64,000 nt of DNA. It comes from Sedimentisphaerales bacterium. GTDB lineage: Bacteria > Planctomycetota > Phycisphaerae > Sedimentisphaerales > SM23-30. The stretch is taken from the NCBI GenBank assembly GCA_963666285.1, contig OY762711.1; one strand, written 5' to 3'. This document shows, piece by piece, positions 56,954 through 64,000 of this stretch (the stretch's first letter is position 1; every line of letters begins with the position of its first letter). A program made the translations under genes and the position numbers. The notes under the pieces were generated by a model that was not told the origin of the DNA, made no database searches, and was given only the letters and a program-made list of their open reading frames with translations.

Positions 56954-58027
56954 ATGAGACTAACAGAACAAGAAATAATAGATAAGCTAAACACCCGAAT
57001 AAATGAATGCCTGCCGCTTTCATTAATTGAGGCTGCTCAGGAAGGTAATTACAATACCGATGCTGTAATAGACTTTGCAATTCAAGATGGGCCAAGAATC
57101 AAGGCCGCTATTGAGCTGCTCACCACCGCAACACCAAAGGCAATTATTGAGAAAATCAATACCTTAAAGAATGCTTTAACAGAAAACAGTATGCAGGAAA
57201 TTGTTCCAATGATTGTTGCGCCATACATTGGCAACAAACAGGCAGAGCTACTATCAAAAAACAATATATCATGGATAGACTTATCCGGAAATATGCTTAT
57301 CAGTATCCCTCCCAATATTTATATTGAAAGAACCGGAAACCCTAACAAGTATCCCGATACAGCCCCAATCAAAAAGATATATCAAGGTACTTCATCGCTG
57401 GTAAGCAGAGCATTACTGCTGAATCCAGATGGATTTTCTTCTTTGAATCAGATAGTTGAATTCATTAATGAAAGAAGCGGAAAAATTACTACCGGAACAG
57501 TGTCAAAAGTGCTAAAGTCACTGGAAGAAGAATTACTGATAAACCGAACCAGATCAAACATCTTGGTGAAACAGCCTGAACAATTGCTCGAAAACCTAAC
57601 TGAAGGTTATGCAGAATATGCCAGGAGCAAAAAAGAGAAAAGATACAAATACGAAGTTGAGAATATCGATTCCCTTTGTAAGATATTATCTGATTCGGGT
57701 ATTGATTATGCTAATTGCGGCTTCTATGCGGCCAGGATCAAAGGTTTTGGCATGACCGGCCAGATTACAATATTTATTAAATCAATAAATGACATAATTA
57801 ATATATCAGAAGATAAACAGAACCTAATATGTCCGGATGAAGAATTTGGACAATTGACATTCATTGAATCTAAAAATCCTTGTGTCTGGTTCAACCTGCA
57901 AGGCAACCCAAGCGATAGAATAGTAGATGATCTGGAGCTATATTTAGAAATGGTTAACGATAGGCCAAGAGGCCCCAAAATAGCTAATCAGCTTAAACAG
58001 GTCATTTTAGGGAGAAATAATGGATAA
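56954..58027 (+). CDS. AbiEi-like (type IV TA antitoxin) protein with HTH
   Basis: VAPYIG...ISWIDLSGN motif, HTH ITTGTVSKVLKSLEEE, LYLEM...RG near C-terminus; overlaps next gene. Confidence 0.6.
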   Translation: MRLTEQEIIDKLNTRINECLPLSLIEAAQEGNYNTDAVIDFAIQDGPRIKAAIELLTTATPKAIIEKINTLKNALTENSMQEIVPMIVAPYIGNKQAELLSKNNISWIDLSGNMLISIPPNIYIERTGNPNKYPDTAPIKKIYQGTSSLVSRALLLNPDGFSSLNQIVEFINERSGKITTGTVSKVLKSLEEELLINRTRSNILVKQPEQLLENLTEGYAEYARSKKEKRYKYEVENIDSLCKILSDSGIDYANCGFYAARIKGFGMTGQITIFIKSINDIINISEDKQNLICPDEEFGQLTFIESKNPCVWFNLQGNPSDRIVDDLELYLEMVNDRPRGPKIANQLKQVILGRNNG

Positions 58028-58850
58028 CATGATAATTCAACAACTGGCAGAGCTGGCAAGAGCCTGTGAGAAAAAAGATATCAAACCTATTATTTGTGGC
58101 GGGCTTGGTGTTTATCTCAGTTATTGTAATAAAGAAAACGAAATACAAAATATGATCCGGGCTACCCAGGATATAGACTTGATGCTATGCAAAGAAGACT
58201 TGCTTCAAGAATCCAAAAGAAACGCAATAGCTGAAATAATAACAGATGAGCTTAAATATAGTGTTCAACCTGAAAAACAACTTCACGGCTTCAAAAAAGA
58301 TGACAATATGGAACTGGACATCCTGGTTCCGCCCATTGATGAGCTGACCAAAAAGAATTACAGATTAAGAATTGTGAAATCTATACTGCACGGTCACATT
58401 ACAGAAGAAGCAAAGTTCATTGATGAGGACTTGAACACTATCGAATTATGCAATATTTCAGAAGAATATCGCACCAGTGACATTAGATTATATACACCAT
58501 CTCCAACAAATCTTATGATAATGAAGCTATACGCATTTAACGACAGATGCCAGGGAAAACGCCATGATCCTGATCGGGCTATGGCTCATGCCTGGGATGT
58601 TTATATAATTATCATGCTATCAGATATCGCTGATCTAAAGCCAGGGCAAAAGTTTGTTGCCAGACATTCAGAATCTGAAATACTTCAGAAAACCAAAAAC
58701 ATTGTAGAGAACCATTTCTCAAAGCCTGAACAGCTCGGATGGCAAACGATTCTAAGCAGTTCAAACTTTTATCCAGATACAAGCATGCAGGAAAAAGAAG
58801 AACAGCTCTACCAAGCCACTGCCAGGATTAAGCGATGGTTTGGAATATAG
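58020..58850 (+). CDS. AbiEii-like nucleotidyltransferase (putative toxin)
   Basis: IICGGLGVY, RATQDIDL, MKLYAFNDR...HAWDVY. Confidence 0.65.
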   Translation: MDNMIIQQLAELARACEKKDIKPIICGGLGVYLSYCNKENEIQNMIRATQDIDLMLCKEDLLQESKRNAIAEIITDELKYSVQPEKQLHGFKKDDNMELDILVPPIDELTKKNYRLRIVKSILHGHITEEAKFIDEDLNTIELCNISEEYRTSDIRLYTPSPTNLMIMKLYAFNDRCQGKRHDPDRAMAHAWDVYIIIMLSDIADLKPGQKFVARHSESEILQKTKNIVENHFSKPEQLGWQTILSSSNFYPDTSMQEKEEQLYQATARIKRWFGI

Positions 58851-58897
58851 ACTGACCAATAAGGCTCCTTAATAATAAACCTTACGGACTAATTCAT

Positions 58898-58913
58898 AAA
58901 GTACACTGTGTAC
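58898..58913. repeat. Candidate integrase arm or accessory binding site (right end)
   Basis: AAAGTACACTGTGTAC, identical to 11659-11674. Confidence 0.6.
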
Positions 58914-58958
58914 CCAACACAGCGTAAGTCATTAAAAACAAATGCAAAACATACACTA

Positions 58959-58986
58959 TTGACAAACAATACAGAATCGTTATAAT
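58959..58986 (+). promoter_or_regulatory. Consensus sigma70 promoter pointing into attR
   Basis: TTGACA-N16-TATAAT ending 46 bp before the att core. Confidence 0.6.
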
Positions 58987-59032
58987 ATTTATAAATAAAG
59001 ACTTACAATTGATATAGCTCTTAGAATATTGC

Positions 59033-59078
59033 CCTTACAAGCAGGGGGTCACAGGTTCAAGTCCTGTACCGCCCATTT
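59033..59078 (+). repeat. attR core (duplicated 3' part of tRNA-Val)
   Basis: 46-bp identity with 11539-11584. Confidence 0.95.
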
Positions 59079-59083
59079 GATAC

Positions 59084-59118
59084 AAAGCTCTGTAATTATG
59101 ATAGTTACAGAGCTTTTT
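59084..59118 (+). terminator. Hairpin with T-tract after attR
   Basis: AAAGCTCTGTAA-N9-TTACAGAGCTTTTT. Confidence 0.65.
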
Positions 59119-59365
59119 CTTTTTATATCACCCCCTGTTTTTATTGGTTTATATGCCTCTGCGCATATATAGCGCACTTTTGATCTGACTTTTGAGTGGG
59201 GAGATGGTTGGGAGGGAATAAATTACCACTGTCCCTAATTATCACATTTGACATAAAACAATCCACATCACCAAATATATAAATCAGTTGAAAACTAAGG
59301 ATATTTTTATAGACTTAATGGATGGTTTAAATTTATCCTGGTCGAAAATATATAGGAGTAGTGTT

Positions 59366-59992
59366 ATGTTGCCTAAATATTGTATTTTCATATTATCTCT
59401 CATTTGCATATGCGGATGCGAGAAGGAACCATCTGATTATCAAATAGATGAAATCGATAATACTGTGGCAGGAATGGAAAAATATGAATATCTATGCTCA
59501 GATGGCGGACCTTTTATCGTTATACCAAAGTCATTGGGAACAAAATGGAAAGGACATAAAATAAACATATTTGATCCTTTAGACCCAAAAACGGATTATG
59601 GAAGAGCCTGCTCAGTTGGGGATACTTGGGGTAAGATTAAAGTTGGTGACGGTGAAGCACTTGTCTTTGCTGATCCACCAATGATCTCATGGAAGTATTT
59701 TGAAGATAAAGAATATCTTGAAATATATGTTTTGAAGAATTGGAAAACAACGGATATGGACAGTATTCTTGACGGAGTAATTTCAAATACCAATATTGAT
59801 AGCTTCAAGGATACAAATACTACTATCCAAATTGACAACTCTGGCTTAGTTCTTCTTTTCGCAGGTGATAAGGTTGGAGATGCCATGTATGGAGAATCAT
59901 TCTTATCTGTTAATTCTGGTTTGTACAAAATCTTTATCGCTAATTTCAAAAATGAAAATGAAGAAGTCGATACATATCGACTAATGAGATAA
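59366..59992 (+). CDS. Imm21-like immunity protein, predicted lipoprotein
   Basis: SDGGPFIVIP..W.G, DYGRACSV, VGDGEALVFADP; lipobox-like ICGC; AGGAG RBS. Confidence 0.65.
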   Translation: MLPKYCIFILSLICICGCEKEPSDYQIDEIDNTVAGMEKYEYLCSDGGPFIVIPKSLGTKWKGHKINIFDPLDPKTDYGRACSVGDTWGKIKVGDGEALVFADPPMISWKYFEDKEYLEIYVLKNWKTTDMDSILDGVISNTNIDSFKDTNTTIQIDNSGLVLLFAGDKVGDAMYGESFLSVNSGLYKIFIANFKNENEEVDTYRLMR

Positions 59993-60041
59993 TTTTTTCT
60001 TTGTGGGTCTGTTAGATAATTAAAACAGGATATTTAACTCT

Positions 60042-60079
60042 TCACTCCCCCATCATCCTGTCGAGAGCTATGACCGACT
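60042..60079 (-). repeat. 38-bp repeat copy 1 (integrase 3' tail remnant)
   Basis: 35/38 identical to 62311-62348; - strand reads SVIALDRMMGE*. Confidence 0.8.
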
Positions 60080-60155
60080 ATTGTTTGTAAAAACAAATCA
60101 TGTATTGTTAGATTATGAACCAAAGACATCATTTAAGAATTGGAGTCAGGCTAAT

Positions 60156-61160
60156 ATGTCCTTCATAAACGATGAAAAAGAACGCTATGCCAAACTAAAG
60201 TCAGTTTTATTCTCCCCTGAAGCTCAACCAGATGGAACTTATAATAAGAAGTCATATCCCTTTTGCCTGGCAGATGGATATTCTCAAGAAAATCTTAATG
60301 AGTCTTTCAGAGATGAAGCTATTGAGTATTTCAAGGAAAGAAAAATCACCTGGCATGATGGAATTGATTTAGATGGAATAAAACACTGTCTCCCCAGCTG
60401 CCACCTCTGCTGCTCTCAGACAATGTGTGTAAATACATTATTCCCTATGACCACTGACCCGGAACTATTTAAAAATGTCTTTCAGGTTTATTTTCCTGAA
60501 ATGAAAGAAGCCATTCCTTTTCATACAGATCAGTCTTTATCTGATGGGAGCTACCCATATATATGTTTTGAATTTGTAGGAGAAAAAACTCATTTTGAAG
60601 GTGAAAAGAAATGGCCGCAACGAGGTGCAAACTGCACCAGTCTTGATTTTGCTTTCTTCTTCAGGAGATATGACGGTAAAAAACAACTGGTCCTGGGAGA
60701 ATGGAAATACACAGAAAAGTATAAGAGCCATAAACTACCGCCCAAAAATGAAATAAATCAGACACGATGGGATACCTATAAAGATGATTTCAAAATATGG
60801 AAGACAGATAAACCTGACATACCTACCTATGAGAATTATTTCGTTGAACCTTTCTATCAACTCATGAGACAAAGTGTTTTAGCTGATAAAATGCAGAGAG
60901 AGAAAGAAATGGACGCTGATATCGTTGTCCACTTGCATATTTCGCCAAAGGCTAATAGAGAATTTTCAGATACTTTTACATCTCCAATATTTTCTAAATA
61001 TGGTAACACCATCTTAGAAGCATGGAGAAGCATATCCCCCAAGGATAAATTTACCAGTATCAATTCTGAAAGTTTAATGACAGTAATTGAACAAGTCGCT
61101 CAAGATGATAAGAAATCATGGGCGGATTGGCTTCTTAAGCGATATGGATGGTGGAGATAA
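60156..61160 (+). CDS. PD-(D/E)XK restriction-endonuclease-like protein (PGN_0703-like)
   Basis: HLCCSQTMCVN, TSLDFAF, LGEWKYTE, FYQLMRQ. Confidence 0.65.
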   Translation: MSFINDEKERYAKLKSVLFSPEAQPDGTYNKKSYPFCLADGYSQENLNESFRDEAIEYFKERKITWHDGIDLDGIKHCLPSCHLCCSQTMCVNTLFPMTTDPELFKNVFQVYFPEMKEAIPFHTDQSLSDGSYPYICFEFVGEKTHFEGEKKWPQRGANCTSLDFAFFFRRYDGKKQLVLGEWKYTEKYKSHKLPPKNEINQTRWDTYKDDFKIWKTDKPDIPTYENYFVEPFYQLMRQSVLADKMQREKEMDADIVVHLHISPKANREFSDTFTSPIFSKYGNTILEAWRSISPKDKFTSINSESLMTVIEQVAQDDKKSWADWLLKRYGWWR

Positions 61161-61256
61161 TCCTAAAGCTGATAGGTGCCACCCATCAACGTACTTTCGA
61201 TAGACTTGCTTACTACATTTAGATAATTATATTAATTCGAAATAACGGTAAATATA

Positions 61257-62303
61257 ATGAAGAATAATTTAACTAAAATACCACTTAGAGAAGCATGGCC
61301 AAATGAGGCATATGACTTTACTCCATACCTTGCAAAAAGAATAGATGATCTGGGTCAGAAGATTGGCATGGATCTTAAGGTAGAAGGTGTTGAGGTAAAT
61401 GCTGGTGGATACTTTGTTGACATATTAGCTAAGGATAACAAAGATGGTAAAATTGTAATAATAGAAAACCAACTTGCTAGAGCAGATCATAAACATTTGG
61501 GGCAAATATTGCTTTATTGCGCACATTTCGATGCTCATAAAATAGTGTGGATAGCAAGATCTTTTAAGCCCGCCCAACATAATGCACTTTTGGCTTTGCA
61601 AACAAATGGTGTTATTGATGAATTTCATCTTATTTGCTTAAGTGCTTATCGAGATGAGAGAGGAAACATTTATCCTCATTATTGTTCACCCGAAAATATA
61701 CAAGGTGAGCCTGACATGCCAGATATTGTGAGTATTGAAGTCAGTAAAACTATGAATTCACCCCACTGCAAAAGTAGTTTTTGGTTTTGGCTAAAACAGA
61801 AATTTTGTATAAAATCAAAAAAAACGAAAAATCCTATTAATAGAGACAAAATCAATAAAGTTGATGGTGCAAAAGACTGCTTTGAAGAAGCTTCTAGTGG
61901 CTCTAGTGAAATAGTAAAAAATGAAGGAAAGTCATTGGAAGAATGGATTCAGGAAAAACCAATAGCAACTGCTTTGCTATTCGAATTACTTAATCTAATG
62001 CGAACTATTAAAGAATTTGAAAATATCAGCTTAATTTCAAGAAAATCTCATATTGATACTTCGCAAGGAAACTTTATTAAAATTCAACCTAAATCTGGTT
62101 ATTTGTATTTTTCAGCTAATGAATTTCAAGATAAAAACCATATAATTGAAAGAGCCAAAAAAACAGGTATTTATGAAGATGATAATCGTGCAAAAAAACA
62201 TAGACATAGAATTTATCTAAGACATAAAAATGCTGTCAAAGATAATGAATCACTATTAAGAGAAATTTTATCTGAAGCATACTATGACATGTTAAATAAT
62301 TGA
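61257..62303 (+). CDS. NucS-like endonuclease domain protein (DUF4268-associated N-terminus)
   Basis: EAYDFTPYL, VDILAKD, IIENQL..ADHKHLGQILLY, IVWIA. Confidence 0.7.
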   Translation: MKNNLTKIPLREAWPNEAYDFTPYLAKRIDDLGQKIGMDLKVEGVEVNAGGYFVDILAKDNKDGKIVIIENQLARADHKHLGQILLYCAHFDAHKIVWIARSFKPAQHNALLALQTNGVIDEFHLICLSAYRDERGNIYPHYCSPENIQGEPDMPDIVSIEVSKTMNSPHCKSSFWFWLKQKFCIKSKKTKNPINRDKINKVDGAKDCFEEASSGSSEIVKNEGKSLEEWIQEKPIATALLFELLNLMRTIKEFENISLISRKSHIDTSQGNFIKIQPKSGYLYFSANEFQDKNHIIERAKKTGIYEDDNRAKKHRHRIYLRHKNAVKDNESLLREILSEAYYDMLNN

Positions 62304-62310
62304 AAAAGAC

Positions 62311-62560
62311 TCACTCTCCCATCATCCTGTCGAGAGCCATGACCGCCTGTTTTTTATTCTGGTTGAGTATCCTGGATATAGAATTCCATGGTCGTCACTA
62401 TCGAGGAATGACCCATGAGTTCTTTTAAGGTCTGGGGAGGACAATGGAGATGCATATTGGAACCATAGCCCTTTCTGAGTGAATGGAGATTGAGTTTTTT
62501 ATGGGTTTTGATCCCTGCCTTTTTACAGTATCGCATGAAAAGATCTAAGGCAGAACCCAT
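62311..62560 (-). pseudogene. C-terminal fragment of a tyrosine integrase (frameshifted)
   Basis: LHSLRKGYG...LMGHSSIVTTMEFY, then a frameshift into NKKQAVMALDRMMGE*. Confidence 0.85.
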
Positions 62561-64000
62561 TAATTCCTCATTTGATATTTTTTGCGTTTTACCCCAAATA
62601 TTACTACTGCTATTAAAATTAATATTAACATACCTAACAAAACAATAGTATTTTTATTCTCCCGGATCGTCTGTTTGATCATGTCCAAGCTCATATCCTG
62701 CTTTTCCAGACGCATGCCTTCAACCTGCTCTTGGTTTTGAGCGGTGCGTACCTGATCAATCTGCTGCAGGTAGCTTGCAGCTGCTTCCGGGGTAATACTA
62801 CCGGCTATCATCTCACGAAGCTTTGCATTATCGCAGACAAAACCGCTGCATCCCGGTTTATATTCAGTAATAAGTTTGACATGCAGCTGTGAGAGCTTAT
62901 TTACTATATCCTGGTCAGCCTGCCAGTATCCCTTGCGAATAGTTTCCAGCATAACCGCAGTCATTTCCTGCAAAGCATAAGGATTCTTTTCCTTGAAGTA
63001 GTTTTCCATATCAAGGTTTAGACTATCGTCAATATAAACATCGTACAGCCCTTCCCAAAGTTCTTTATCAATAGCTCCCGGTTTAAGCACATTCCAGGCA
63101 TAAGTATTCCGAAAACTCTCAGCAAAGGTGTCAGCTGCCGAAGCTCCTTCCTGCTGCATCTCGGTTATAAACTTTGGATTCATCAGCGTTGTACGAGACT
63201 CCACCCAGATAGCTTTTTTGGCATCCTGCATTCCAGGTTGATATTTATTACGCAGGTCGCTAAACATAGCATCGGGCTCATTACCAGTCACATTTCGAAT
63301 AACAGCATTCATGCCGCCCATAAACTCATATACATGATCCAGAGAAAGCGGCCCCCAATTATTTGAAGATCTGCTATGAACAACCGTATCGGTATTTTGC
63401 AATGCCGCTTCGAATATTCCCGGTTGATAGTGCCCCCAGTTATCCTCAGTATATATTGCCCCCATATTCGTTAAATACAGATCTGTTAGCTCGGTGTCAT
63501 CCTCCCATCGATCACCGGATTCTACCATCCCCATAATATTAGAGCCATAGTTGCCGTTAACCCCGCCAAAAACCCTGGCCGTTGAGAACTTACCGGCATC
63601 CAAGGGTGACATACCTCTTTCTTTCATAACTTTTTCAGCTGCGAGCGTGCCTAGCCGGACAAAATTTTCATATTCTCCGGAATCATTAGCTTCTGAAGCC
63701 AGTTTAACTGCTTTATTTATGAGAAACAGCCTGGAAGCGGCAATATCACGTGCCTGACCCGATGTCTGAACAACAATATCAATTCTAGGCCTGTTCAGTT
63801 TTTCCATGGGAACCAGCTTTACATCATGCACTATGCCGCGAGAGTTCCAAACCGGCTCAACACCTAAAAAGTGTAATGCCATGGCAATCTGGGTTCCTTC
63901 GGCACGTATCAATTCCCCTCCCCACAGGGTAATAGCCACCTTTTCAGGATAATCGCCAGTGCTATCGAGTTTGTTCTGAATGGTTGCCTCAGCAAGTTTT
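62560..64000 (-). CDS. CobN/magnesium-chelatase-family protein, 3' part, with C-terminal TM anchor
   Basis: RPRIDIVVQTSG..RD, LDHVYEFMGG, NPYALQEM..MLE..RKGYW; ORF continues beyond the window. Confidence 0.88.
   Translation of the reverse strand, partial: KLAEATIQNKLDSTGDYPEKVAITLWGGELIRAEGTQIAMALHFLGVEPVWNSRGIVHDVKLVPMEKLNRPRIDIVVQTSGQARDIAASRLFLINKAVKLASEANDSGEYENFVRLGTLAAEKVMKERGMSPLDAGKFSTARVFGGVNGNYGSNIMGMVESGDRWEDDTELTDLYLTNMGAIYTEDNWGHYQPGIFEAALQNTDTVVHSRSSNNWGPLSLDHVYEFMGGMNAVIRNVTGNEPDAMFSDLRNKYQPGMQDAKKAIWVESRTTLMNPKFITEMQQEGASAADTFAESFRNTYAWNVLKPGAIDKELWEGLYDVYIDDSLNLDMENYFKEKNPYALQEMTAVMLETIRKGYWQADQDIVNKLSQLHVKLITEYKPGCSGFVCDNAKLREMIAGSITPEAAASYLQQIDQVRTAQNQEQVEGMRLEKQDMSLDMIKQTIRENKNTIVLLGMLILILIAVVIFGVKRKKYQMRN

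Noticed and set aside
59033..59078. Second tRNA-Val gene
   Set aside because: Only the anticodon loop to the 3' end is present; the 5' half is missing, so it is the att duplication.
60042..62348. Integron attC cassette array
   Set aside because: The repeats lack the RYYYAAC...GTTRRRY palindromic structure, and the integrase fragment is too short to show IntI features.

Overview
Bacterial genomic DNA, most likely a planctomycete of the Phycisphaerae/Sedimentisphaerales type. That assignment is an inference from the DUF1580-like excisionase, the 'WSPNQLRH' integrases, the PEP-CTERM gene and the dockerin-like C-terminus. All family calls come from motif recognition, not database searches. Bases 1-11.5 kb are host genes: lpxK, alkaline phosphatase, YibE/F, hldE and an extended gmhB. 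A ~47.5 kb genomic island is integrated in tRNA-Val(TAC), bounded by a 46-bp direct repeat at 11539-11584 and 59033-59078. It carries two closely related integrases facing each other. It also carries a phage-satellite-like backbone: int, ORF, DUF1580, primase/DUF3987, an iteron cluster, a second recombinase and a small-terminase-like gene. An AbiE-like pair with a tandem operator sits near the right end. The ~36 kb cargo holds two B12/radical-SAM paralogues, a PAS kinase/NarL regulator pair, GT4 + GH130, an orphan ptsI, a complete Na+-type N-ATPase operon, xfp/ackA/glucan phosphorylase/tal, a Na,K-like P-type ATPase and stress genes. Three cargo promoters share an identically spaced motif, suggesting an island regulon. 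Right of attR is a decayed second element: an Imm21-like immunity gene, then two nuclease-like genes bracketed by 38-bp repeats that equal the 3' tail of an integrase pseudogene. A CobN-like chelatase gene runs off the right end of the window.
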